The translations under genes were made by a program, and so were the position numbers. From Octopus vulgaris (Eukaryota): a stretch of DNA of 64,000 nucleotides. Every line of letters begins with the position of its first letter. Position 1 is the first letter of the stretch. Positions 1 through 15,127 of the stretch are shown in pieces. The notes beneath the pieces are model-generated. The model was not told the origin of the DNA, did not search any database, and saw nothing but the letters and a program-made list of their open reading frames with translations. Location: assembly GCA_951406725.2 (NCBI GenBank), contig OX597818.1:132184001-132248000 (forward strand). The letters run 5' to 3'.

Positions 1-98
1 TTACTTGGAAACACGTGAGGGCTAGCGACAAGAAGGACTGCTGGCCATAGAAAAACTGCCTCGAGGAATTCCGCCTTATCCATGTAAGCATGGGAAAA
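1..98 (+). mobile_element. RTE-type retroposon 3' end, truncated by the window edge
   Basis: GTGAGGGCTAGCGACAAGAAGG..GGCCATAGAAAA..CCATGTAAGCATGG is the degenerate reverse complement of the 57400-57540 motif. Related relics lie at ~63615-63940. Confidence 0.55.
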
Positions 99-100
99 TA

Positions 101-430
101 TAAACTTAGATAAACTTAGATATGTTTCGACCAAAGATTGGTCCAGGCCATGTCTAACTTAATAGCACCACCTGATAGGATTATTCGAATCCTGTTTAAG
201 TCAAGTTTTGTTTAAGTCAAGTTTTGTTCAAGTAGTGAGTTCTTGTTAGGTGAGTTGTATCCAGTTTTGTTCAAGTAGTGAGTTCTTGTTGGGTGAGTTG
301 TATCCAATTATGGGTGGCTTATCTGGTATTCTTCGAAGGAATCTATCCAGACTCCGTTTAATGTAAGAAATATTTGAAAAGGAGAGCTCTTTAATGACTC
401 AAGCATCAAAGTTTGGACTGAAACAATCTG
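101..430 (-). mobile_element. Penelope-like element 3' remnant
   Basis: Minus strand reads ..VIKELSF..KYF..TLN, resembling a GIY-YIG C-terminus, and ends in the hairpin GACCAA-TCT-TTGGTC-GAAAC. Contains small internal tandem duplications at ~194-306. Confidence 0.4.
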
Positions 431-2784
431 GACATACAATATTATTTTTAATAAAATTAAAAAAAAAAACATTGTTTAATTGACATTAAACTGTGTGTTT
501 AGTTGATGATCATCACTACAATTGGCAGGTTAGTGATGGTATTTGTCGTCATTAATTGAATCACAAATTAATAATATCAAAAGAGTTTTATGTTAGAGTA
601 CATTTGTTTGGAGAAAAGAGATGTTAGATGCAGTAGAATACAGTAAGTAGTGATTGTGTAGAAGTCAGTTGTAACATCTTAAAACCAAAATCCCATTTTA
701 TGTTTTATAAATACTGTGTATGTTGATAAGGTATAGTAATAATAATATAGTAAACATTTCACTTGAAATTTTATAAAGAAATTTTAAAATACTGTACCCT
801 CATCTTGTGTGTCAGGCTCCAAGCACAAGCAACTATGGAAGTATCAGTACCCCTAGACCATATGTATCTCTAAGTATTTCATTATCTATTGATGAATAGA
901 TTTAACTTCATATGTATGTAATTCATTTCTCATTCTGGATTTTAAGCTTGAAGAAGTCACACCTCTCACCCAAGAAGGCAATATATTCATTCAATGTTAA
1001 AATGATCATTTGAAGTCATCATCATAATAATCACCATCATTGTCATCATCATTTTAACATCTATTCTATGCTAGCAAAGCTTTCAATTGGTCTGAGATAC
1101 ATAATCTCTCAATGCCATTTTGATCATTAAGATCTCATTTGCTAAGTCCAAAGTTCTTAGATCTCACCTAAATGCTTCCTCACAAATCTTTTAGTTTAAA
1201 CCTCTAACAGATATGTTCCACCATTATCAAGTCATGATTCCTTTTCATTCTGTTTGTTCATTGTTGATTAGAGGTGGATTTTCATATGGTTATTATTATT
1301 GGATCTGTACTTGTGTAGTCATACACATGTGCACAATGTACATGCAGACACTCATGCACACATACACATACTTGTATGTATGTATGTAAGTATGTATGTA
1401 TGTATGTATGTATGTATGTATGTATGTATGTATGTATGTATGTATGTATGTATGTATGTATGCATATATGTATGTATGTATGTGGTGTCCTGTACTCATA
1501 TATATATATATATATGCATGTATATATACATATAGATGTAGGTACATACATATATGTATGTATGCATATATTTTATTTATTAAATTATTATATGACTGAG
1601 CGCCCTCGCGTTGTTTCGTTTCTTTTCTCCAAGTAAGTTTTTATATATATATATATATGGTTATATCTATATACATGCATTTATATGGCTATACTTTTAT
1701 GTATACATTCATGTTTGTATGTTTATACACACACACACACACACATATACAAACATAAATGCACATATTCCTACTCTCACTCTCTTCTTCTTTCTTTCCA
1801 ACACATGCATAATTGTAGTTGCACCTAGCTCATTACTCAATATATATCAAAGTAGATATCTGTTCGACATTGCCAGCTTTCTTCACACACACGCACACTA
1901 CTTCTATATCAAGGATTACTTCTAACACTGATTTCATTTTGGCTCTATGATTATATCTACTGATGTCTTTCAGTTTGGATCATTATGATAAACTTTGCAG
2001 AAACAGGATGGAGACCTGTTTCCTAGTATTAATACCTTGATAATATTTATGGCACAATAAATAGTCCATTATTAAACGATCTGTCTGTTTGGCTAACTGT
2101 TCATCTATCTAGCTATATACCTAACTGCCTGTCTGACTGGACATCTGTCCGCCTGTCCTTCTTAAATTGTGGCAGCACAGTGTTCTGAAATAACAGTCAT
2201 TTTTCTGCTGTTGATTAGATACTTTGGTAAATCAAATGTAATATAATTATGCCCTGATTCAGGTCTTAATTATCTTATGTATCATTTTCAATTTACTAAC
2301 AGGGATTTGTAGCAGATACAAATAAGGTCTTTCATATGCAGAAACAAAAGGACAGCATATAAATATACATATATACAATTACATACGTACATGTACATGC
2401 ATGTATACATACATATATATAACATGAGTGTGCGTGTGTGTATATGTATTCATTCATACATGTATACAAGCATACACACATTCACATATGTATATTTTTC
2501 CATTTGCTTTTAATTTTTCTCTCCTACATATATAGTTACCATAGCAATTATTATAAGCAATATGAAATTTTATCAGCTATGTATTATTTCTGAGTGTAAC
2601 TGGTTAACACTGGAAATACCAGTTCTCCATCCTATTTCTAATGTGAAGCTGTGTCAAGCCTTCAAGTTGATTATTATAACAGTCACTTTACAGGAATTGT
2701 ATCAAATCCACAACAGTTGTTAATGAATAGATCATAATGATACATACATACATACATACATACATACATACATACATACATACA

Positions 2785-2820
<36 letters not shown>

Positions 2821-3224
2821 TGATATATATTCACTACTATATGTCCTGTTGTATTATGAAAGGAATAAATTATATTCTTATTCATTAAAATATAGCTACA
2901 TAGCAAAAGAGAAAGATAAAGTTACACAAACTAGAATTAAAATATATATTACATTTTACTTTCATATATATCTGACACAATATTACACACATGCTTCCAA
3001 GTTGCCTCTATCACCTTCATTGATGACATAAATAAATTGTTTAATGAGCCTATGGGCCTTCTGAGTCTTAGTGCAGCAACACCTATAGATCTGGCTTAAG
3101 ATACTGAGATATGTCGCATACCTTGAGCATCTAAACCTGAAGTATCAACTGGTACTTTAACTGTAAAAGGCAGATGAGAATGACTATGTGTGTATGTGTG
3201 TGTGTATAATATATAAGATATACA

Positions 3225-3362
3225 GTGGATTTCTCTTAGTTTCTGTCTACAAACTCCACTCACAAAACTTGATTAGCTACAGTAAAATACATTTGCCACG
3301 CAATGGGATCGAACCCAAGGTGATGTAGATGGGAAGCAAACTTCTTGACCACACAGCCAGTA
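3225..3362 (-). mobile_element. Degenerate SINE head, same family as 49866-50273
   Basis: Reverse-complement match to GGCTGTGTGGTAAG..TTGCTTCCC and GTGAGTGGATTTGGTAGACGGAAACT. Confidence 0.6.
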
Positions 3363-4530
3363 TATTCATATGTATATATGTTTATATATACATTATGTGT
3401 GAGCGCATTTTTATCAATAATCAAATATTCTATCTTCATATTATAACTACTAGTTTTGTTATAACATGGCTTTTCAGTTACAGATAAGTCTATTATTCCA
3501 CTTCCATATGCCAATAGAATCAAACAAACAATAACCAAATATGTTAAGAGTGATGAAAAATTATATTGATATATTTTGATATTTTTTTTAGCTCTGAAAT
3601 TATTATACTAAAACTTTATTTTTAGGATACACAGTCAGACATTGTTTTGATATTGTTTAACTCTAGGCCAACACTGACTGAACAGATCTGTAATGAAAGA
3701 CATACTTACAATGCTCCCTAGCCTATTTTCTATCCTCTAAAATATCCAATATGTTCTTCGTGTTGAAAAGAGATGAGTTTGATTAGAGTGAATTTGGCTA
3801 TTATTTCTAGCATGTAAAGAAACTGTGTATAGGCAATTTCATTGACTTAGTGTTGTTGGGAAATTAGAAAATACAAATCTTCTTTCTTTAAATTTTTTAT
3901 ATTACAATCTTTGATAAAAAAAATTTAATACTTGTTTACAAAATTACAAGAAATGAAATTATATATATAATGATATCCCCCCAAAACTATTGTCACATCT
4001 AAAAATGTCACTTACCAGTTAACATATAATATATTGCATACTTCAAGTGGTGAAATCCAAATGGCCAGAATACACACTGCAATTTTAATTCAGTTCTCTT
4101 ATACTTCTAATGAATGACCCTTAACTTAAACATAACTATCATACAATTTCATTTTATCTTTTGTTATAAATATGAAGACCAAAATCACACATAAGGAATG
4201 TTTCTATTTTGTGGATATAGTCTCTGAAAGTTGGAGTTTTACATTAATATGTATACATTTGTGATATATATGTATGTGTGTATATGTGTGTGTGTGTAAT
4301 GTTTGTGTATGCATTTTGTAAGTTTCTGCAATGTATTTTTTTGTCAAAAAATTAAATACTGAAATTAAACATTAGTCTTTATTTTTGTTTACAGGGTTGC
4401 TCTGGGCCTCCAAATATATCAACAGCCCCCATTCCCACTACTATTTCTTAATTTTGCAATATGTTTATATATAGTTTTTTTTTGTTTTTTTTTTAAAATA
4501 AGCATGCAGTTGTGAACAACAGCTTCAACC

Positions 4531-4781
4531 ATTGGATATTTGGGAGTCCAATGGATTATATTGATGGTTCACTGCATAACTTCACTATTTTCTTTTCTAA
4601 TCTACATCTTCATCTTCATCTTCTGCTTCTTGATGGTTAGTTCTAATAATCAAGAATATTATTGGATATTTGGAGTCCAATGGATTATTGATGGTTCACT
4701 GCATAACTTCACTATTTTCTTTTCTAATCTACATCTTCATCTTCTGCTTCTTGATGGTTAGTTCTAATAATCAAGAATATT
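4531..4781. repeat. Local tandem duplication (130 + 121 bp)
   Basis: 4531-4660 and 4661-4781 are identical except for small indels. Confidence 0.95.
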
Positions 4782-5029
4782 TTAACTCTTTACTATTTCT
4801 TCTACACACTGTGAATGGTGAACTGAAGATTTGAGATATTTTACCAATACTGATTGTTGCATTTTCTTCCACTTTCAGGAAAATTGCAAGCTTCTCTCCT
4901 GACCAAGAATCTGGCTCGTCTTTCATGTAAGAACATTTTTATTGTTCTGTCAGCTTTAATGTTTGAACAAAAGGTACTCCCTTGGTCAGCATGGATGTTA
5001 ATGAAAATATTATTAATATAATGGTTATG

Positions 5030-5760
5030 ATGATAATGATAATGATAATAATGATAATAGTAATGATATTATTAATAATAATGATAAAATTCGTGCTGTT
5101 AATTACTACAACAACAACAACAAGGGGACAGGTGAAGCAGGTTGTCAAATAAATGAAAAAGGATGGTGGTGGTGGTGGTGGTGGTGGTGGTGGTGGAGGT
5201 GGAGGTGGTGGTGGTGATGATAGCAGTGGTGAAGAGAGCATTGGTGTTGGTGGTAGTGGTGAGGAAACATTGGTGAAGGATGTTGAATATGATGACAGTG
5301 GCAGCGAAGGTGGTGGTGTTGGTGGTGGTGGTGGCGGTGATGTCAGTGGCAAAGCAAAAGCAGAGGATGGGGGAAAATTGTGGTGTGTACTGGTTTGGCA
5401 GTAAGGCGGTGGTGGTGATGGTGGTTGGGTGGGGTGAGGTGAAGTGGGTGTTGAGGTATGGGTGACGGCAGTGCTAGTGTTCATAGGTAATTGACAATAA
5501 TGGAAATGATGGTGATGACATTGGTGTGGTGGTGGTGGTGGTGGTGGTGGTGGTGGTGGTGGTGGAGTCAGTTCCAATGAGGGCAATGATGATGAAGAAG
5601 CAGAAAGTGATAATAATGATAATGATGATGGTGATGGTGATGACTTAAATTGTGATGGCAGATATTCAGTGGTGGTTTTAGTGGTAGTTGCAGTAGTGGT
5701 GATGACACCATATGATCTGATATGATATGGTTCCAGGCAGTGGTGGTGGTGGTGGTGGTA
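5030..5760. repeat. (GGT)n/(GAT)n trinucleotide low-complexity block
   Basis: Pure GGT runs at 5165-5217 and 5527-5565, interspersed with GAT/AAT repeats. Confidence 0.9.
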
Positions 5761-6741
5761 TTGACAGTAGGTGGGTTTATTAAGGGCCGGTTGACTGACT
5801 GACAGACAGAATAACAATGGTGCTATGATGGTTGTTTGTGATAATGGTTAAATTCCCCTACCCCCCACCACACGGATCGGATACATATATACATATAAAA
5901 CATGAACAGAAGTCACATAAATACGCAGGCATACGCACTCATACTCACATGCACATACACATACATACAGACGCACACACACATACACGCATACACATGC
6001 ACTCACACACATAAAGAATAAAATAATGTAAAAGTATATTTTTAAAAAAAAACTACTGCTTTTGATGCGGCATGGAGTTTGCTTTTTGTTATCATTAAAG
6101 CTGACGTATCACTTAATGGTTTCTTACATGAAAGATTGACCAACTGTTCACGTAGTCGGCGGCTGGGTCCACGACGCCGTGGTGGAGGTGGTGATAGGCA
6201 GCATTGAGTAAAAATTGGGGGATGGAAGAACTCAGTTCATTTTATTATTAATATTTTTAAAAAAATACTGGTGGTGGACGAGGAGGAGTTGGAGGAGGGA
6301 GTTTCTTGTTTAAAAAGAATTAAATAAAATTAAGAAATAAAATCAACAGAATCCTACAAAATTTCAAGAATAAAGCAGTAACTGTTGTATTGCTAAAGGG
6401 CTAAGACAAAGATAACATAAAAAAAAAAATGAAAATGAAAAAAATAGAAAAAAATAATTTAAGATTTTGAAAAGAAAAAAAAAGGACTTTAAAGATTTTT
6501 ATGCATTCTCCCCACTCCATCCCACTTTTTCAAACTCTTCTAAAATTTAGGTAGTTGGTGAGGGTTGGAAGTTCTAAAAGAAAGAAACTAGTTTATTGGT
6601 GGTGCTGCTACTGTTGATTTTGGTCATCATACTGGTAGTGGTATTGGTTGGTGGTTGTTGCAAAATTGGTGCTGGTGGTGATGTTACAACTATTTGGTTC
6701 TCTTTCAATTCAAGCAATTTCAAAATTATAGAAACATCTGA

Positions 6742-6775
<34 letters not shown>

Positions 6776-6952
6776 ATATATATTTATGTATATGCTTCAT
6801 ATGGTCATCACGTTATCTGTTATCTCAATTTGAGAGAGAAAATATAAATTAAATTATTTAAATACACAAAACTTCTTTAAAAACACCAACTTCATCAACA
6901 CCATCATTAGTGACAAATTGGGCAATTTATTAATTCTTTAGTATAGTTTTAA

Positions 6953-8175
<1,223 letters not shown>

Positions 8176-8764
8176 ATATATATATTTTCCTGTATGCATT
8201 AGAATATTTTCATTTGCATTTCAGAAAAAAGAGAGTGAGAGAGAATATATTTACATATTTATATTATTCTCATTAATTAAATCTTGATTCTATGACAAAT
8301 CTAGATGCATCACAAAATTGAGTTCATCACCAAAGGCTGCACCACTACTACTACTACCACTACTACTATTACTACTACTACTACTACTGCTACTACTACC
8401 ACTTGAAAGCTATTACTGTAATGATGGATTGATAAAAAACTTAATTCATACTGGTTAACATTACTTGGATGGACAGAACTATATATGAATGTTTATTATT
8501 TAATTTCTTTTTAAATTTAATTCTCTTTTCTTAATTCATCAAATTCTATGGAAAATATATTTACAAAAATAAATATTCTAGAAATTAAAAAAGAAGATAT
8601 TGTGATATGATAAAGTATTTAATACTTTGATAAATTTGTATATAGTTGAGTTGTTTTATTTTGATAAAAATCAATGGGGAAACACATTATGTCATATAAA
8701 ACATTACACCACCAACCAGAATAATGATGAAGAGAACATAGACACAAGACCAGTAATTTTGAGA

Positions 8765-8965
8765 GAAGGGTATTTATTAGTCAGTATTGTTGGCCCCAGC
8801 ACTTTGAATTTTTCCTTTAATTTATTGATTCTAGAAGGATGGAAGGCGGACTTGAACTTGGCAAGATTTGAATGCAGGAGGTAAAGAGCTAAAACAAGTA
8901 CCATAAAGCATATGTCCGATGCTCTGATGATTTTCCTAATTCCCTACTACTACTACTACTACTAC

Positions 8966-9001
<36 letters not shown>

Positions 9002-9009
9002 TAATAATG

Positions 9010-9043
<34 letters not shown>

Positions 9044-9970
9044 TGATGATAATAATATAAGTGAGGAGGAGGAATATGAAGATGATTTTTTTTTTATATG
9101 CCACAAGGATAAAGCATATTTGCCTCTATAATATTTTGCTTACTAAAGTCAATTGTAATTACTTAAAATCAAAGTCAGTTTCAGAAAAAAAAACAAAATT
9201 GAAAAATTCCCCATAAATTTTTTAAAGTGAAAATCTAAAGTAATTTTCGTTTTATTCATTCTTAATGGAATAAATAAATAAATAAAAAGAAGAGAAGTTG
9301 GAAATTTTTTGAACATCATTTATTGGACAATATATAGAATAAAAATGTCATAGAATTTTTGATACACAAGATTAGCTAATAATTGTTAATGTCATCAATA
9401 ATAATGTCCTAATGACATATCACTAGTATAATTCTAAATGCTTGTGTGGATATGAGTTTATATAAGTTTGACTGCTAGTGAAGTGTAGTTTTAGCAGGGG
9501 TTCATATTACTAACAGTGAAAGATGATGATAATAATCATTTCTAATATTGGAGAAAGGTACAGGTGATTAAATCAACACTATTATTAAACTGGCACATAC
9601 TTTATTGAGCTTAGAAGAATGAAAGATAAAGTCAACTCTTCCAGGATTGAAGTTCAGACTGTGGGAGAATATAGCTAAAATTTTTCAAAGTATTTTGTCT
9701 GATCCTCTGCTATTTTCCCCATCCACCACCCTTATAATGGTGATGATTATTTCTAAGATAGGATAGACGTATGGTTAGAAAGCTAATAGGGGATGAGATT
9801 AGTCAATTAAAATCAACCCTACAACTGGACTGGACTGGTATTTATTTTGTCAATCTTAGAAGGACAAAAGGCAAAGTTGATTACATCAAGATTTGAAAAA
9901 GGTGTAACCAACTACCACAAGGCATTTTGTCTAACACTGCAATGATTCTGTCAATCCTTTCTTTGCACCA
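8765..9970 (-). mobile_element. Three degenerate Nin/Deu-domain SINE copies (~8765-8945, ~9550-9730, ~9790-9970)
   Basis: Recurring tttattga..agaagga(t/c)..aaggc..agt..ac.....ga.ttgaa motif matching the 49416 copy. Similar relics occur at ~21240-21390 (+) and ~61900-62050 (-). Confidence 0.5.
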
Positions 9971-10103
9971 CAGTCAAAACATTGTACAATGTTGTTCTGT
10001 TATCTTCTATTTCATTTTCAGATTCTGCTGGTTAACAAACTGCTTATTTACCACAAATGTTGTTCCTTACTCCAACTTCACACTGTCTGTCATAATCTAC
10101 TAC

Positions 10104-10145
<42 letters not shown>

Positions 10146-10958
10146 GAAATTTCAGTATAACCAATTCAACTCAGATTCAATTCTATCCTAGGGACACAAA
10201 GTTCTCTATATCGTTTCATTGACTGTCATGATGTATTTTCTTTACATTTCCTTATAACTTATCCTACACAATATGTTGTATGCTTGAATTCTTTCTATAC
10301 CCTCCTTTTTGTCTATTTAGATGTTGCTTTTAGTCTAGCTTGCTTTTCATGTTTGCTTATATGCTTGTTCTGTTACTGTAACTCATTTCCTTATTACTCT
10401 TTTTGGTTTCTGTTATCATTTGTTGTTAATATTTTTTCTTTTGTCAAATGAATTAAATTTTAATTCACAACGTATTTGTAATAGAAGTATATCTATGTGA
10501 TTTTATTTCTCTTTTTTTTTTTCTCTGTGTTCAATACTTGATTTGCTTTGCAATATAATTTCAGAACAATAGTAATATTAATAATGACAGCAAAAACAAT
10601 AATGCTATATATTATTCCACATAAAGTTATATGATAGAAAATACTATACAACATAATAAATAATCAATTCATTATGATACATATATAGATATACATATAG
10701 CTACACATGTGCACATATACACACTACATTTAATAAATATATACACATAAACTTACTGTGACTGAAATGGCACAATAAGGAAAAAAAATTATAAATCCAA
10801 GAGAAAAGGATTTCAGCTCCATTTTGAATAATCCTCAGCCCTAGGTAGCCATAGCTTATACACACAGCACATACACGCACAGCACAAATACTTCAACAGT
10901 TATATTTATTTTTCTATATTTTTGTTTGTTTGCATATATTTTCATTCACATTCTTTAA

Positions 10959-11177
10959 CCCTTTAGTGTTCAGATTATTCTATCAAACATAATGCCTATT
11001 GATTCACATTGATTTGAATTAATCATGCATTATCTCATATCTTCAAGATCTCGATGGTGTAATTACTTAATGTAGAATAACATTGTAGGGTAGGTGTGAG
11101 GGCCTGCATCTGGTCAGTCTGAACATAAAACAGATTAACTATTTTGGCCGGATATGGCCGGTTTAAATACTAAAGGG
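10959..11177 (+). mobile_element. piggyBac-type MITE, family A copy 1
   Basis: TTAA|CCCTTTAGT...ACTAAAGGG|TTAA; 219 bp; three further copies in the window. Confidence 0.9.
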
Positions 11178-11224
11178 TTAAAGCTCGTAGCTCATCATAT
11201 GCGTGTGTGTGTGTAAGTGGTGGT

Positions 11225-11555
11225 GTTTGGTTGTATCTCTGTCGTTCAACAATAAGGATTCAGTTGTTTGATCAATTGAATTACCTGATTGAACTTGTAA
11301 GTGGTTGAGTGATTCCACAAACACATGTAGTCTTAATGTAAGTGTCAGACAGAATCAGTATGATACAGAATAGTGTATGACAAAACTTCACCTTTTAAAT
11401 TTCAGGCACAATCCACTCCATGGTCTTCTCTTCAGTTTCTATCTGCCCAATTTCACTTGCAAGTATATAGAAAATGATGTTTGCCCAAGATGTCAGTGAG
11501 ATCAAACCTAGGACCTGGTGGTCCTTGACCATTACTTAACTATTCATATTGTGCC
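11225..11555 (-). mobile_element. Degenerate SINE (core-family head with OR-like tail)
   Basis: 11225-11410 resembles 54340-54520; 11415-11555 resembles the reverse complement of the TTGGGCAAG-core SINE. Confidence 0.5.
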
Positions 11556-11725
11556 TGTTCACACACACACTTACACAGAAATCTCAAATTCATTATTTTA
11601 ATTCCTGAGTTTTAATTTGCCTTAGGTTTTAGATGTTTTATTCATCTCATTTCTCTTTCATCTGATTTATACTACTAACACGAATCTATTTTTTTCTTTT
11701 TTCTCTCTCTCTTTCTCTTCCACAG

Positions 11726-12480
11726 GTGAGCGTCCCTATATCTGTGGTGCTTGTGGAGTACAGTACAGCCAGAGCCATAGCTTGAAAAGCCACATTACTA
11801 ATAAGCATGAGGGCAGAATGGGTTACTACATCAAAGAGAAACGGCACAGAGCTCACAGGGGGATAGGTTATATGACTGCTTCAGTCCCGGGTACTGATAT
11901 GCCCCTATTCAAGATACCACCAACTTCAGCTGTTCTCAATGCGAGTTTAACAGCTGGCCTTGACCTATCAAGTAAATTTTCTGAGCCTCTTAAGGCTTCG
12001 TTTCTTGATAATACTCTAAACCAACTAAAATCTAGTCCACAGCAACATAGTATCCTGAACGGCCACTCTTCACCCCACTGCGCTGATCTCCTGCAGAATC
12101 ATTGCCCACCGGGTCCTGGATTTCCGCCAGCACACCATCACGGGCCTCTTCAGTACCAGGCTTCAAGGGGAACTGTGAAGATGGAACCTTTAGATAACGG
12201 CTCCAACCAAGCCATGGATCTTAGCATACGGTCTTCACGTATTGGACATGGTCATGCTAATGGCCACAACCAGCAGTGTTCTGATGTGAATGGTCTCGAT
12301 GACTGTAAGCATGCTGAAAAATTAAAAACACTTCGTGGCAATGTAGTCCGTATGCTGGCAATTCTGGTTCCGAACTTGGATTTTGAAGAGAAGGGGATAA
12401 GTGCAGAGGGAGATTCTGTGGACGAACTTCTCCAGGATGTCATTGAAAGCAACTCCCCAGAAGAAGAACTTCCAGAGTAG
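11726..12480 (+). CDS. Terminal coding exon of a C2H2 zinc-finger protein (last finger, low-complexity linker, C-terminal helical domain); upstream finger exons not identified in the window
   Basis: Branch-like CTAAC and a long polypyrimidine tract end in cacAG (11724-11725). Read in phase 1 the exon gives (G)ERPYICGACGVQYSQSHSLKSHITNKH, a TGERP linker plus C-x2-C-x12-H-x4-H finger, and continues in frame with ORF 11782..12480 to TAG at 12478-12480. GC content is well above the flanks. Confidence 0.93.
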
Positions 12481-14643
12481 TTAAAATTTACCAGAACATA
12501 TAATGAGGAAGTAGAGAAAATAAAATGAGAAAGGAACAGAGGAAAAAAAAAAAGAAGCAATTGAATGTACCAAAAGGAAAAATGTCAATGTGGGTGGGTG
12601 GGAATTTATTTATTTATTTATGAGAAATGTCTCTGGTAAATCCAAAGAAAGCTAATATTATTGTCTTTTAAGCCCATATCTTTGAATGTTTCTCTCCCTC
12701 CTCTTCCCTCTCTCCTTTCTGGTTTATTATTTTTTTAAATTGTTTCTCTTTATGTAACATGCATACATACACAAACACACACATATGTGCATGTGTGTAC
12801 ATGTACACTTATGTATAAGTATACGTAAATATGTTGCTATGTGTTACATACACACACATACACATATATATTTATGCGTGAGTATATTTGTTTCTTCACA
12901 TAAATATATATGATGCATGTTAGAATGAGACTGAGTGTATGTATGTGTGTGTATGTGTGTGTCTGTGTGTGTATGTATACATATACACACACACACGCAC
13001 ACACACATCAATTACATGCAAGTGGTAAATTGCAATATCAGTCTAAAAGGGAGAGAACTCTTTCTGACATAACATTTTTCATTGTTTTATGGGTTCCTTT
13101 TCTTAATTTTCCTCCTCCATAAGCTGAGATTGCCTAGCACAGGGTCTAAAAGTGCAATAAGACATGTGCAAATTTACATATCACATCATGAAAATTTCAT
13201 TTAAATATCATAGCCATAACATCCAAATCAAAATTTTTTCTTGTCATTCCAAATCCCGGTTTGCTCTAGCAAAATATTGTGGAAATAATAATAAATATAT
13301 ATATATATTATATATGCGCAGAAAAAGCAAGAAGTCTAAGTAAAAATATAAAGAATGAGAAAGTTGAAAAATTAAAAAAAAAAAGGCTTCATAAAGTGAA
13401 AATTAAATAATTCAAAAAGAAAAAGGAAGAATAAGAAGAATAAAAACAATGACTCCCCCAACTTGGCATCACTTTACCCCATTCTGTTTTGGGAATGGAA
13501 ACAAGTATTTTGTTTAAGTACTTTTTTGCTGGCTTAATTTTTTTTTTTATATTGAATGACAAAAAACAAAAAAGAAAAAAAACCTTACTTTGAATAAGAA
13601 GAAAATCACAAAACACCAACAACATGCTTTTTCATTCTCGCCATTCTTGAGTGTTGATCTATATTGCTAGTCATTTGCATTCCAAATCTGATTGTGTTCA
13701 TTCATATTTTCTCCCATAATGCTTTGTTGTTTTTTGTTCATGCAATATTTTCTCAGTCAATTGATGAAAAAGAAAAAAAGAGAAGAAATTCATCAAGCAT
13801 TTTCCCCCCCTTTTTATTCTCTTTTCCTATTTTATTTTTTGAAGTATATTTTACTTATATAAAGATTCCAGCTGCTTCTTTTTTTTTTACGAAATGTTGT
13901 CAGCAGCTGTGTTTATATTTTCCATCCAATTGCTTAAGAAAAATAAATGTAAAAGTTAATATTAGGAAAAGATCCTCTGTTAAGTCCAGTTAAATATGAA
14001 TTACTGCTCAAGACCAAAATCATAGCATTTAACATTTCTATTTCTATAGCTTTTTAAAAGTCATAAAGTAATCCAACATTATTTTTTTTTTGTTTTTCTC
14101 CTGTCAACTTTCTCAAAATGAAACATATCATTTGTAGATATTTATTTAATTAGTATACTTATAATCGTTTTCAACTATGTTGATTAAATAATTATAGAAC
14201 ATTGATGTTTTCCATCAATCTTATAGCATTTTATTACAATTTTATTATAGATATTAAACATTGCATATTTGCACGCTATGTTACTATGTGTACTAAGATA
14301 ACTAGCTTCTTTTGTTTTTCTTTTTTTTTTTTAGTTTAGTTTAGTTGTTGTTGGTTTCTCCATAAAATAATTTATGAGATTCTTATCACTATATATATAT
14401 ATGGATATTATTGATTTGTTTTAATTTTCATTTATGTTATATTAGTGAACCTGTTATTAGTTGATCACAAATAGAATCAAAATATATATTATATTCAAGT
14501 GTAAATTCTGCCTATTATTTCAGATCACTGCTATTTTTGGTAAATATATATAATAAAACCATTCAATTTTCTCCATTTCTGGAATTCTTATGAAGTTTGA
14601 AGGAATGAAACAAATGGTAGGACATATATATATGGATATGTAC

Positions 14644-14710
<67 letters not shown>

Positions 14711-14713
14711 CAG

Positions 14714-14789
<76 letters not shown>

Positions 14790-15079
14790 TTTCTGTTTGT
14801 GAATTATTGTTGCATTGTATTTTATATTATTTCAGTTGGTATTTTTGGTCTTATTATTACAAAAAAACTTACCAGTATGATTAACACTGTTTAGCATTAG
14901 ACTAACATGTATCTATATATATATGTACGTTTATATGCAAGTATATGCATATGTGCACATACATACACATATATACACACTTGTATGCATGTGTATGAAT
15001 ATATGTATATAAAGGTCTATATGTACGTAAATGTATATATAGATATAAATACAAATACATATATGTATGTGTATGTAAG

Positions 15080-15127
<48 letters not shown>

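Noticed and set aside
4939-5817. 292-aa proline-rich minus ORF and glycine-rich plus ORFs
   Set aside because: Translation of (GGT)n/(GAT)n microsatellites, including a poly-Ile tract; no domain or splice support.
11782-11784. ORF-track start (TTG) for the 232-aa protein
   Set aside because: Lies within the zinc finger; the true exon begins at the splice acceptor before 11726.
12252-12560. 102-aa minus ORF
   Set aside because: Antisense shadow of the zinc-finger exon.
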